Source: Camelus dromedarius
Lineage: Eukaryota
Direction of reading: 5' to 3'
DNA length: 64,000 bases
Assembly: GCF_036321535.1 (NCBI RefSeq)
Contig: NC_087437.1
Coordinates: forward strand, 45,634,001-45,698,000
Program-made: the position numbers and the translations under genes
Part shown: positions 51,054 to 64,000 of the stretch, in pieces
How positions within the stretch are numbered: the first letter of the stretch is position 1
Layout of the letters: every line of letters starts with the position of its first letter
Notes under the pieces: model-generated
Seen by the model: only the letters and a program-made list of their open reading frames with translations
What the model was told of the DNA's origin: nothing
Databases searched by the model: none

Positions 51054-54000
51054 TCATAGGATTTTACACTTATTGTTTGGTAATGGATAAGTGACTAATT
51101 AGAAGTTATTTGCTCTGCCTCCCTGATGCATCTTAGCCGAGACAACCAAGTGGGGGAGGGGTATTTGGGGGGAGCATACCCTGTGTTTGGATCATCTTGA
51201 TTATTATCAGAGAGCCATAGAGCAAACCAGCCCCAGAGGAAGAGAGACAGGCAGAGAAAGTTTCCCCAAAGAGGAAAGGAGCTTTGGGCTAGAGAGCCCA
51301 GGGCTTAGAATGCAGAGAGATGGCTGCCTTGAGCTATTCCTAGAAGAGAATCATAAATTCACATCCTGCAGGTGCCAGGCCAGGAATCTGAATGGAAGCC
51401 CAGTAAAACACAAAAGGAAATTAGAGGACTGAAGAAGTGAAACATGCCCACCTAAAGGTATTATCTATTTTTTTAACCTGGAAAACACCCTGAGTTAGTC
51501 CATGGGCCACTTGTTTTCAATCCACAATAGGACTCAAGCTCCAAAGTTTAAGGGGAAAGAGTGAAATGATTCTGAGGTGCCTGGCTAGCCCAGCATCGCA
51601 TGGAAAAGTAGACCAGAGATTAAGATGGAAGCCCCGTTCAGGACTAAAGCGCTGAGGTCTGACGTACTTTGGAAATAGGACCACAGGCCTGGAATATTTC
51701 CAAATGTGGCTCTTCCATTTAAATAAAAGCTGGCGCACAGGAAGAAACGAGGGCAGCAGCTACCAGACTGCTGGCAAATGTCTCAGCCCAAACCTTAACA
51801 TGGCCCTATGTGTGTTTTATTTTACACATTAGCGCCTCCCACAATTTCTCTCCATTCCACAGCTTTCCAGGAATTATTTTTAGATCCACAGGGGAGGGAG
51901 CCTCTTAACACGCAAAAGTAAATAGATTTCGAAAAGCTAAAATATTCATTTGAGAAGTGATTTGAGTAGCTAGTGTGAAAACGGGAAGAGAAACAGTAAA
52001 TGAGGTCAAATGTATTTTTGACAAGAGATTCAAATAATGTACATTGAAAATAATGGCATTACTGTAAACAAGGTAAAATATACATTGGAGAAAAAAATTA
52101 GAAGAACACTTCGAATACTGTGTCTCTCCTTCATTAGGTCAGTAAAACAAATGACATTTGATATTGAGTGTCTGCACAAGATTCCAGGTTTATTCCAGAG
52201 AATAAAGCATTAAAAATTCTTCTGTTTGGGGTGGGGAGTGAAGCAAATACGTGGTTTTGGGGGCTCCTATCTGTTCAGTCAGTCACTGTAACCTCTTTCA
52301 GGAATCCGACTCGTGTGATAATAGCCAACATAGGAAGCCCCACACACTCATAAGTTTTCATAATAAAAGCATTTTGCAGAGAGAAAAAAAATATTATTTT
52401 ATATTAAGATACCACAAAAGGTTTCACAAACTCAAATAGCAAGGAAGATAAGAGCTTAGAAATAGAACCATCACGTCAACGTTATTTCAGCTGTTTATTT
52501 CAATTGCCCTAGTCTACCAACATCCCCCCCATAAAAAAAAAAAAGAAAGAAGGAAAAAAGGTGTGTTTTCAAGTAGTGTAAATACATTGAAATTAATGAC
52601 ACACTCTGCTGCAAAGGCCCTCCGTTCTTTCCCCCTCGTAAGCGTGTGTATATTATACTTTCATCATCTCTGAAGTAAGATAAAGAAAACAAGAGTCTAC
52701 ACCTATGAAAAACTATTTCCTGGCCACCTCATTCTGTTCCTATTTTTCTTTGCTGGCTGCCGGTGAAATATTATTTGAGCAAAATTAAACATCTCCACAG
52801 AGGAGAAAGTCAGGCTGCACAGCCCATTATCAGGGATGCTTGTGTTTTAAAAGGACTGGCATAATGACATCCTGCTTCATAATGACTATTCCCAGGTATA
52901 GAAATTACAGGCATCTTTTAACACCAGGCAGAATTCGGACCATCTTGGCTGCATCTATTTTCCGTCTTTCAAGCTGGATAGTTATTCCTTTCATAAGGAT
53001 AATGAGTGTCACGCTGGATTATACAACCCAGCTACATCTGTTCTCCCTTGTTTTCTAGATATTACATTCATTGTATTTCACAGCATGAGCCTCCAATCAA
53101 GATCCTGAATATTGCTTCATGATAAATATCCCAGATGAAAAAACGGTCTCGTGCCAAAGCCATTATCACAGCTCTGGCCCGTCTGCTTGAACAACGCCTC
53201 TCATCGCTCACATTTTCCCTTGGACAAAGGTACCATGGAACCTGCTTTTTCAAACTTAGAAACTTTCTGTCCAATATTTGTATAAATATGCCAATTGTGA
53301 ATTGGCTGCTATGTCTTTCCTGTGTACTTCACTGTGTGGACTCACTCTGCTGTTCTATTTCTCCCCCTCGGAGCTCACCATCCCATGGCACCTCACCTTT
53401 CAGGATGGGAAAGCACGTGGTAGAGGGCACGTGGCATGAGACTGTGTTGCACAGCCCCACAGCTCTCTGACAGAGCAGGGTCTAGGAGACTCAACACCAG
53501 CCAGAAAAGAGATTTTCGAGGGAGGCTGAAAATTCAATTAACCAGAAAGCCCAGGATATGCAGTATTCTAGAATCAGACCTTTTAAAAAGCATTTGGGAC
53601 CTTCGAGTTCACCTAACTGAATCCCTCAAGTTAGGCATAAGAAAATTGAGGCTCAGATGGGTTAAATAAGTTAGATGTAACCACAGAGCTGCCTAGCCAC
53701 AGAGGAAGGACTTGACATCAGAGCTCAGCTTTACCTACAGTAAATAGAAGTTTCTATTTAATCTAATCATCAGAATTTTTCCTATTGTGTTAGAATTTCT
53801 TAAATCCTGTTTCTAAAAACATTTCTCAAAATACAAATCCAATTTCTATTCTTATACATTAAAGACATTAGCAATGACTGAACTTTGCTTTGATGGTTGA
53901 TCTGCCTAAAAGTTGGCATTTTGCAGTTGAGTGATCGTTAATAGCAGGATGAGGTCAAGATGAATACATAAAAGTTGGTGACTGAATGAAATCTACACTG

Positions 54001-54639
54001 ACTTGGATCAAACCACTCTAAATACATACTGATTATTTTCTTACAGTTTCCTTCTTTTCCCTATGGTTAAGGGGAAAAAATCATTTGGGTGAGTTAAGGG
54101 TTTCACAAAATCAAGGCTTTTCTGCCTTTATCTTGGGATTTAAATAACAAGACAGTCCTGATAGACTACAAAAGTTAGTCCCATTTTCCAACTCCAGGCA
54201 ATCCTTTTTTTTTCCATTTATCACAACAGAACCCATATTCAATTCAAAATAATTTAAGGTACATAAAGTCCTTCTGTATTCTTTACTTTTCCCTCTAATG
54301 ACATAGAAGCTCTAAGTTGTATTTCTGGGGGTTTTTTGTTGTTGTTCCTGCTGTTGTTGTTGTTATTTTCTTTAAATTTTAAAATAGTGTCAACTTCCTG
54401 ACCAAGACCTTGCCATGTTTGTGGACTCTGACCCCTTCCTTTAAAAAAAAAAAGTTAGCCTCTTTCAATAATGGTCCATGGGTAGCAAATGTACTTCTTA
54501 GTCTCTATGGGTCTGCTTTATCTCTATTTCTCCCTCTCTGTTGAATGCTAGTGTAGCTAGGTGTTAAGGCCCAGAATGACACATCTGTTTCCCTTCAACA
54601 TGTGAAGGTATTACTTCAGGGGCCTCTGCCATCTACTGT

Positions 54640-55420
54640 TGTTGTAATTTACTAGTCTAATTTCCAGTTTTTGAGGTAATCTTTTTTTCCCCACTAGCAG
54701 CTCTTAAGATTTTCAATTTATCTATATCTCTTGCCATGTCATTATGATGCGCCCAGATCCGGCTTTATTTTTATTCATTCTGCTGAGTTCTTGAGATGCA
54801 CTTTTACCGAGAATGTAGGCTTTTTAATAATCCTTGTAAATTCTCAGCTCTTGTTACAGCTTTTTTCTGCCACACCCTCTAATCTTATTCTATAAAGGCT
54901 ATTAAGCATGTATTGAAGCCTCTCAATCACGGTTCCAATACCCTTAACTGCTCTCTTATGTTTTGGTTTTTTTTTGATCTACATCACTGTGCTATTATGT
55001 TCTGGGAGCATTCCTCAGTACCAACTTTTAATTAGCTGGTATGTTTTCAACTATATCTGATCTTGAGTTTATACTAAATGCTATTTTTGTTTCCATAATT
55101 TTTTTCATTTCCAAAATTTCAAAGTGATTCTTTTCCATATCTACATGGTCTTCTTTCATTTATGCCCTAATGTGTTCCATTGTATCTCAGAAAATTTTCT
55201 CATAAAACACATTATTTCTCTTTGATCTCTTTCAAGCTCCTAAATAAACTTACGATTTTTTTCCAACAATTCCATTTTTTTTTAATGAGTGGAGTGAACT
55301 CATCAACTCATTGTTGATTTTCCTGGCTATCTTGGAATTTGTTTTCTTTGAGTCATTTAAACTTTTGGTTTGGAGACTCATCTTGAATATGGGGTATTTT
55401 TCCTGAGACTAGTCTGCTTA
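54640..55420 (-). mobile_element. Ancient L1/HAL1 ORF1-region relic
   Basis: T-rich; GCTCTTAAGATTTTC..ATTATGATGCGCCCAG..TTTATTCATTCTGCTGAG..AAATTCTCAGC. Confidence 0.5.
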
Positions 55421-55489
55421 CCATTCCATATTTCTGTTCTTTTTTAGGGCCAAGATGGCATTGATTGCAACGTGGCTGTTCTAACAACT

Positions 55490-55870
55490 AGTTGTTCTTA
55501 TCAGATATTTCTTTTTCTTCCAGGCACTTAAGAGGATTTTATTTCCCTACCTTGGACATAGCCTTATGATTTGGTTTGGTGAATGAAACATGGATGGATG
55601 TGGCATGTGTCCCCTCTAGATGGATACCGTAAGAAGCTAATGTATAACTTATCATGCCCTCATTCACTCTAACATAGCAACTAGCAGAGTCCCAGGTGGT
55701 GGTCCTGCCATCTACCTGCAGGTCAAGGTGAGGATATCACGGGGCAAAACCCTGAGTCAACTCACAATGGAAATGTAGCACAAGCAAGAAAGAAACCTTT
55801 CTGTTTTAAGCCACTGAGATCTTGGTGTTGGTTTCTACTGCAGCCTGACCTGAACCATCCTGACAGATGT
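55490..55870 (+). mobile_element. MaLR solo LTR (MLT1I/H-like)
   Basis: GCAAGAAAGAAACCTTTCTGTTTTAAGCCACTGAGATCTTGG..ACTGCAGCCTGACCT..ATCCTGAC. Confidence 0.75.
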
Positions 55871-57672
55871 AATTATATTAGTTTTTAATTTTTTCTTTTT
55901 AGATTTTATGTATTACTGCTATGCATTTGGAGCATAGAGAAGCTTCAAAGCATGAATTTACAGTGCAGTCTTGTGGGGAGTCCAATCTCCAAGGAACTTT
56001 AAATATCGTGAGATAAACAAAATGACATGCATGAAACACTAAGTGGACAATATAAGTATGTATTTATGTGTCGAAGTATGTGGTTTCACTAATAAGTGCT
56101 ATAAGTTGCCAAATTGAACATACTCAAGTCCTTTCCCAATTGTTTCAATTCCGAATGTACTTTTTACACATGGAGAAAGCCTTTCAATCCCTTTTCTTCT
56201 CTCATAAGTACATTATTAGTAAGTTTATCTCTCTGTCATTACTCAGTAAATTTCACAGCATGTTTTCAAAAGGTCTTTTGCCAGGAACTTCAGTAGATAA
56301 AGCTGTGAATAGGTAAACTTCCCCTCTTTCCTTTCTTTGTTCCTTTGTTCTTTACTTTGTCTGTAACACATCCTTTCTTCCTCCTTTAGAATCTCATTGC
56401 CGTACGGCTCTCCACTGATCAGTTCCCACTCAAAAATCTTTCTCAGCTCAAACCTGATGTCAATAATGTGTCATAATCTGAATAAGTACAAGTCAATTGT
56501 TCTATCTACGGGGGCTAATTGCATTTTAATCATTCATTTATTCATCTTTTCAACAAATACTTATTAAGCATCGAGTATAACAAGCATTATTACATTAGAA
56601 ACAAAAGATGAAAACTATCATCTTCTGATCTTGAGGAGTTAAAAATCTACAAAGGGCGAGGATAAGTAATGACACAAATGACAGCACAATAGTAAAAAGG
56701 AACATTCTCTGCAAGTACAGAGAAGATGAAGTTATTCATCTGGGCTTAATTGTAGAATGAAAGGCTTTGTCCTCCATTTGAGAACTACTATACTCCAGGA
56801 GCAAAGAAGAGAGATTATTTTTGAACCAGACAACCTTCCTAGTGACACAGAAACCATGGTGAATGTGCGACCACATATTTTATTTCTTTGTAACATGAGT
56901 TGTGCCTATGATTCTTCAACCCAAATTTAGAATTGGACAAAACTCTACCTCCACTCTGGACAGTGAAAATTGGGTTGAATTTCCCAACCCAAAAGGTGTC
57001 TCAAATGTTTTTCTATCAATAATTCTGGAAGACAATCTTATTTCCAAAACGAGCAGACCAAAGTTTGCTTTAATCTTACTGTTGATCTCTCTTTTCTAAT
57101 AAGTGTAAATCACATGCCAGGTGACAGCCATGTAGGAGATCTGGGAAGCTGTCTGCCTCCACCTTGGCTCTGGACTTATGAAACTGTCCAACATTTATGT
57201 ACTGCATCACAGTTTTCAGGGTCCTACACATTTTATGTAATTCTTTCCTCAGAGCAACCTCATGAAGGATTCAGATCAGATCTGAATCTAGGGTGTGTGA
57301 TATTTCATCTATACTCTGTAATGTAACAAAGAGGTCCATTCTATTTCAAGCATGAATGGACAGCAGCAAATTCCTACCAGAATTCTTTTCACATTCATTG
57401 TTTTGTTTATAAGGCCTGAAGGAATGTATCCTCAAGATACTGTCTGAAAATCAACTGATTATAGTGGGGAAAAATCTGTTTTTTTAACACAGTAAATATC
57501 AAATAATTTCTAGATTCAAAGGGTTGGAATAGGAAGGGGCCATGGATTGTAGATGAAGGCAGAGTAGAAGGAAAGGGGAAATTCCTCAACTGGCCCTGAA
57601 GACAGTCTTTCTGTTCTTTTCTTCATACTAAGTTTCTTTACTTCCAATAGTGGAGATCTCTAGATTTTACTG

Positions 57673-57675
<3 letters not shown>

Positions 57676-57746
<71 letters not shown>
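57676..57746. repeat. (TC)35 microsatellite
   Basis: Read directly from sequence. Confidence 0.98.
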
Positions 57747-57750
<4 letters not shown>

Positions 57751-58351
57751 TTTATAAACAATATTAGAGTAACAGCCAGAAGCTAGGGACCTAATCAAAG
57801 AACTAGCTATCCTGTGATTCTATTTACAACTAAATTGACAAGGGGGAGAAATCATGAAGGAATTCTACCAGCCATTCAGCAATTTTCAAACAAGAGGCCC
57901 TACCTTCCCATCTCCAGTGAGAAATTTGGTTTTCCTTTCCCTATCAACTCTCTTTACTTCTTATAACTCAACATCCATCTAAGCCATTTTTTTTAAGAAA
58001 AAGGCATTTTTGTTAAAATTTTAAAAAGATAACCTTACATGTTCAATGGCATGGACTTGTGCGAGAACGCTATGTTTAGAGAATAACCAGCATTTCAGTA
58101 CAGCTAAAGTACCATGGGCTTCGTGAGGTATCCTGTCTTCTATGACAAGAAAGTTAGGCAGAGACAAGAGCACGAGTGAATTTGGGGACCATATTAAGAT
58201 GTTATATAATTTTAATCATGGCATTTTGTCTAATATTACACCATTTCATATGCCTAGCCCCACTTTATTAATATTCTTCATAAATACTATTTTAATGACT
58301 ATACATTCCATCAAATTGATGTATTAAGATTTGTCTAAATATAATTTGGAT

Positions 58352-58417
58352 GTTGGGTATTTAAGCATTCTTCTCCCAGTATTATTCTCCCAGTTGGGTA
58401 TTTAAGCATTCTTCTCC
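58352..58417. repeat. 25-bp direct duplication with an overlapping 14-bp tandem repeat
   Basis: GTTGGGTATTTAAGCATTCTTCTCC at 58352-58376 and 58393-58417. Confidence 0.95.
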
Positions 58418-59003
58418 TTAGACATTTTTATAAGTCTTTGCTTGTTATAGTTCATCTCTGATTGTTTCCTAGAAGAGATATTTCTGAGGTAAGACTAAAA
58501 ACATTTGGCTTAACGAAGACATAATCATGGCCCTATTCCAGGTTCTCACCTTTTCTTAGATTAGAAAAATGTAGGCTTCTAAATCTTTTTTTAGACCATG
58601 TGCAAAAGTATGTTCTATATATAGGCACAGCTATATGATTTGGTGCATAGAAATGAGGTGGACAAAGACAGTGCCTGTTTTATAAGAATATCCTAATTAA
58701 TACTTTACATTTTTGTCTTAATTAGAATACACTAATTTTCACAAATTTAATATACCCTAAGGGGAAAAAAAAAGGATTTTTCTATTTAATCTCATTCTGA
58801 CATTCCCATGAGCCTCCATGTTTTCACTGATTCCTCTGGAGAACAAGATAGTCTGTCAAATCTCACCCTTTGACTAGGAAAACCCCATTTTTAATAAAAA
58901 GTGATTTAGAAGGATTTCTGAGGCAGGGTGGCTCTTCTGAATTGTACAAGAGAAACATGTTCTCTTAATAAAAGCAGGAAAAGACCCCCCAAATCATCTA
59001 GCT

Positions 59004-59382
59004 CCGTGTTTCCCGAAGTGTGATATGCATTCTTCTGTTAGTGGTATATATTGTAAACTGCATAAATGATGAAAACTGCATAGTCATGGGAACATTGTTC
59101 CTCGTACGATTTTCGCTGGTGGTCCACAGGCGCACTTTTTTTAAATTGGCATTTATTCATTTTTAGGTTTACACTTATTGCTGGTGGTAGTAATTTTGTG
59201 TTTGTCACTTATTTTTAATTTCTTTTTCAAACATATTTATACACATATACATATATATGGGTTTTTTTTAACAAGTTAGTTGAGATAATGAAATACGGTA
59301 GGTACAAAAGCGGACAGCTGGCATGTAAATGTATAAAGGTCTTGAAGGAGGTACAGAAATGACCACGGTCTACGAAACAACT
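59004..59382. mobile_element. hAT-Charlie DNA transposon relic (MER103-like)
   Basis: Starts CCGTGTTTCCCGAAGTGTGATATGC, ends TGAAGGAGGTACAGAAATGAC..GAAACAACT. Confidence 0.45.
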
Positions 59383-60249
59383 ACTCTCGGCCAACCTTCT
59401 CATTTGCTATATAAGAACCAGGGGGATGAGGTGATTTGCCCCAAATCATGCAATCCAAAAGCAGGACAAGACCCATGCTCATGGTCCTCTTGCTTGTTTT
59501 TACCTACCCTACTGCCTCTGTGATGCTCTCTCGCAACAAGAACATTCACTCCTATGTTTAGAGTAAATGGAAGTCAAATCTTGTGAATGAGAAATGTGAC
59601 AAAATTAGGTGAATGTATTAGAAGTCTCTTCTTTTTAAGAAGTAACTGTCATTCTCATCAGAGGTAAGGAAATTAAGTTGCTGTCCTTCACTCTCCCAAA
59701 GATGATTATCATGCCATTTCTTGTGGGTCCACTGAGCCAGAAATGCAGAGATAATAGGTTATTACAGGGGAATTTGTCTTTGACATTTGTATAAGTTTCC
59801 AGTCAATTAGATGAAAAATACCCCATTAGATAAAGTGAGTGTACCAATTATTGTGAAGATGGCCTACTGCTAAAAATGTAATTGAAATGTAGAGAGAGGA
59901 GGGCTCCATTCTCCAGATGCTGACTGCAGCAGAGACAGTAATGCAATCTTGTAAACATTTGTGCTCTCAGATCTCAGAATTTTCGAATTTTCAAATCGAA
60001 TGTCATTGTCACGTACATATTAAAAGCCTGCCCTGTAATTAGCTGCAAGATTTCAGCTCTTTGCCATAAAATGTACAAAAATAGCAAAACAGATTGTTCC
60101 ATTATAGTGCAAGACATGTAGACAGGTAGCATGGGTGACCAGACTTCTTTAACAAAGACAGTATTTTTGAGATAAGAAGCTAAGCCTATAGCTAGGTAAG
60201 TCATGATTGCCCTTGAGTTCATCTTGGAAGGGGGATATTTTCGACTCAC

Positions 60250-60380
60250 GGACAGGGGGAAAGAAACTCGTCCTCAGAGCGTGCTCTCTACAGCTGTGAA
60301 GTAGCTGTCAGTGGCCAGCTGCCAAGGTGCCTCAATCTCAGTTGAACAAAACGGGAACAAGTATGTTCTAAGAAACAATC
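60250..60380 (-). other. Candidate non-coding exon (131 nt, or the 3' end of an alternative first exon)
   Basis: Donor TCC/gtgagt and acceptor ccattcctttgcag, within unique sequence that retains CpGs. Confidence 0.35.
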
Positions 60381-60759
60381 CTGCAAAGGAATGGCCTCGT
60401 ATCGAATTCTTTTTCATCTTCAGTGATTTTGTGACCCATATGAATTTAAAATGTAAAATGAAATATTTATCAACAATCAAAAACAGACATGTCCGACTGC
60501 ATTATCTGAATTCAATGCTCCTTTCATGTCGGAGAATAGAGGGCTGCTTCAGAGGAGCGTTCACCCTGCCTCAGTAAAGCCTGCTTTCAGAGGAGACACT
60601 ATGAAACTTTAACCCTGTCGGTTCAAAGGAGCTTCTCTGAATAGTTACCTCAAATTCATGTGAGAATTACATACAAGGTGCCCACCATCTTTACTCCAGG
60701 ATTTAACATTACTTTTCAATACAGTTATAATGGCTACCATTTTAAACCCTGTTATGTGC

Positions 60760-60950
60760 CATTTATGTAATAAAAGTTTTTGCATTTTTAAACATCTTAT
60801 CTTTACAAGTCTTGCAAAGTGGATGTTAATATTTGCCATCTTATAAATAAGGAAAAAAGCCTTAGATATGATAAATAAATTATCAGCGACTAAGTAGGAG
60901 AGACTACATTTGGAGTGAGATGTTTGTCTCTTAAATACTGATGTCCTCTC
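60760..60950 (-). mobile_element. MIR SINE
   Basis: CCATCTTATAAATAAGGAAAAAAGCCTTAGATATGATAAATAAATT. Confidence 0.6.
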
Positions 60951-63049
60951 ACTACTATGAGCCCCCCTTCCTTTATTTCTTTTCAAAAATTCTTCCTTAG
61001 GACATCCCTAAGTTCCTGCCTCCATTCCTAGACAGGCTTTCCTCATCACTCTGCGCTGCAGGCAGGGTTCCACCTCCTGTCAGTCCTGCCGTCTTTTTCG
61101 GTCCTAACAGTGAAATTTGGATCCTAATATCTCCATGCCCTTTCTTCCTATCTCTTTCCCTCCCCATGCTGTACTTTGCCATTTCCAGATTCTAATGCTT
61201 TGTACAGAACTTTAATATCACCTGCTGCCTGGATCTCCCAGCCATATCTGAATCATTTCTACAAGGCCCAGGAAGTTTCATGGACACCTGGTCCCCAGGT
61301 TGTTTTCAGAGACACCCTATTGATCTCACTCCTTAACACGAAGTTTGGACTTATCTACTCAACTAATCTGGCTAGATTTTTTCCCCTGATTAAATTAACT
61401 AGTAATTTCTATCAAACTAATGAAGTCAATATGACTTAAAATCTAAAAGTGAACTGAAAATTGCAGCTCTCCTCAAAACCACCTAGCAAATGCTTAAGTA
61501 TTCTTTGTGACTGTCACATTCTGTTGTATTCCATTTCTTTCTAAAACCTAGAGAAAGGGGGCAAAAACACAAATAACAGAGAAAGTCGCTGATTTCCTAA
61601 CACTTTTAGGTTGATAGGTTCTCCAAACGTTCAAACCATCATTCTCCACTCCGTTTCAGTAAAATATTGCTGGATAGAGATGCAGCGTGTGCAAACACAC
61701 GAAGTCTGGGGTGGGGACAGGCAGGGTAGAAAGGATTCAGGCTGCCATAATTGTACTTTTCAAATTTGTTTTGCTACTTGAAAAGTACAGGTAATGAAAT
61801 ATCCATCTCAACCCACCGTGTCTTTCACAGGACACTTGATGGAGGGGTGCTTGGGTAGCACGGCTTACTTCTGCTGAAACAAAGGAACCTGTCTTAAGCC
61901 TATGTTTTTGACACCTTCACTCAGTATTCCAGCAAGTATCCTATTTAAACTTTAATAGGTATTAAGAAATATGCCATCTTTACCAGAACTTTATTCTCTG
62001 TTGGGCACACTTTCTGGCTTAATCCTCAGGACCCCAGGGAAAAGAGTTGTATTGTCCCCATTGTAAAGTAAGAGAACCACAGCACAGAATGTCACTGTCC
62101 AGGTCTGTCTCTAAAGCCCATACTCTATTTTTTCTCCATCTCCCAGTTCCCAATCCATTTATTCCTTTTGCGACACTGCCCTTTGGCCCATATATTGTTT
62201 TTGTCTAAGTGGTAGGGGGCAGATTTTCTTTTTTCTTAACCACACCATTAACAAGCTAGGGTAACTTGCCTGATGTGTGCCACAGGCTGTTGCCATATAG
62301 AATTTCAATTTTCCCAACCAGGCAGAGCTACATGTTGTTAAAACCCGAAGCAAATGCCATGATGTGAACTGCCAGTGGGCTCCTCTTTGTTCACAACATA
62401 AAAAGAAGTCCATTTCACTCCAGGAACCGCGGCCTCTTCCCCTTTATTCAGCTTAGCACACAAGACAGAGAGGTCTCTGTCGCACTATTTGTGGAAATCA
62501 TTTATGACTGCGCTTGGACCTTCAGGCAGTTCTGCCTGGGCTCCATTCACCACCTCCAGGAATCCTGCCAGCATGACACACTCACATCAGACGCATTAAG
62601 ACTTCGTTTTTTATTGTCCTACTGGTATCCTACCACTATTGCTGCAATAAAGAGTTTTATTTCGGAACCAAACAATTATTTGCTAGGATAGGTTGAAGCT
62701 AGAAAATTGGTTTGTACCTCAAGGAGCAGTGAGAAGTCAGGAAAAGCTGCTCTCTTGCTGCTCCATTGATTCCTGGAGGTAGAAAGGAATGGATAAGAAT
62801 TAAAATGCCCTCCATCCAGAGAATTGTTCAAACGGGTTTTGATTAAGCACGGAATCTTTTCAGAAAGGCTGCCAAAATTGTAGGCCTAGTTTTAAGTCAA
62901 AGAAGCAATCAGATAAACTGACACTTAAGACCAAATATTCAAACACAGAGGCCTATATTTTTATCTGCTACAAATTCAGAGGGAAAAGGAAAAACAAGCC
63001 TCCTTACTGCTCACACTCTGATAGTCTGCTGGATATTTAGACTTAAGTT

Positions 63050-64000
63050 CAATCATTCAATAAGTAACTGATCAACTGCCTTCTATGGGCCATATATGCA
63101 CTCTGCTTGGTACTAGGGAGTTCCCAGTCCTCTGAAGGAAAAGGTAACAGGTAATTCTAACGTATGGTGATGCGTGTTCTGGTGGAGGCCTAATTTGGAC
63201 TTCACTGGATCCCACAGGAAGGAGCATCTGCACTGGCTGGGAGGTAGAGGCATAAAAGATTTTCTCATAGCTCCTAATCTAGTCTTGAAAGACAAGCATA
63301 AATTAGCAAAGAGTAGAGGAAAAGATAAGAAAAAAGAGAGAGTAGGTGTTTGGGAAACTACAAATATTTTCAGATAACCAACAAAGCTACTTAGACCCAC
63401 CCAGCTGTCCTGCCATCACACAGTTCACATATTTAAAATTAAATTTGTTACCCCGTCTGAAGCCCAAAATTTCCATCCTGCCTGAATTTACATCTTGGCT
63501 CAAAACCTTGGGTTTTCTTTTAATTTTTCCTTTTCCCTCACTCTCCTGTTCAATCACCAGATTGTATCTCTTCCACCTCTGCAACACATTTTGCCATAAC
63601 GTCCCCCTTTTTAATCTACCATTGCCAATATACTAGTCCAAATCCTTTGTACCTTATTCCTAGACTGTGCCAATAGCTGCCTTCTACTTCTGTTCCCCAA
63701 CACATTCCATTAACTGCAAATGGTTGATTTTCTTGAACATTATGAAGTGGCTCCTTCCTCAAAAATCTTTAATGCACTTAAGTATAAAGCCCATCCTCTA
63801 AGCCAAACAGGCTAGTGAGCCTTAATTTGTCCCTATGCTGCTTTTCTAATCACAGCTCATACTGTGCATCTAAATAACCTCCTCCCTTCAGTCAAATGGT
63901 TGTGTTCATTTGTTACATTTCATACTCAATGCCTTTGTTTCTACCATAGCCCATGCTTTAATTCCCCCAAACTGAATCCTGCATATTCTTAAACAGCCAC
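63050..64000. mobile_element. L2 fragments (minus 63050-63390, plus 63390-64000)
   Basis: TCATTCAATAAGTAACTGATCAACTGCC tail; TCAATCACCAG..TAGTCCAA..CCTAGACTGTGCCAATAGC body. Confidence 0.65.

Noticed and set aside
1..64000. CRISPR arrays, tRNA/rRNA genes, prokaryote-type operons, and the remaining 60-120 aa ORFs
   Set aside because: No repeat-spacer arrays or structural RNA signatures seen; the short ORFs are as expected by chance, many with non-ATG starts or inside repeats

Overview
AT-rich, CpG-depleted mammalian genomic DNA, most likely intronic. No host protein-coding gene, RNA gene or CRISPR array could be identified. The repeat content (young L1s with a cetartiodactyl-like 3' UTR, ancient MIR/L2/MLT1/LTR16/hAT copies, and no recognisable young SINE such as Alu, Bov-tA, PRE1, CHR-2 or CAN) suggests a camelid-like laurasiatherian; that is an inference. 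The dominant feature is a ~7.1 kb full-length LINE-1 on the minus strand (27538-34615). It has a perfect 18-bp TSD, a CpG-island 5' UTR with a YY1 site, a ~400-bp inter-ORF spacer and disabled ORF1/ORF2, and it is nested inside older L1s. Several short 5'-truncated L1 3' ends with TSDs are also present. Three exon-shaped segments on the minus strand (5529-5593, 6770-6847, 60250-60380) hint at an unidentified host transcript, probably 5' UTR or lncRNA exons. Repeat names were assigned by eye from recalled consensus motifs, and boundaries of old repeats are approximate. No demonstrably new biological system is visible. The best leads are an ORF0-like antisense ORF, a spacer ORF overlapping the ORF2 start, and inverted L1 ends flanking the candidate exons.
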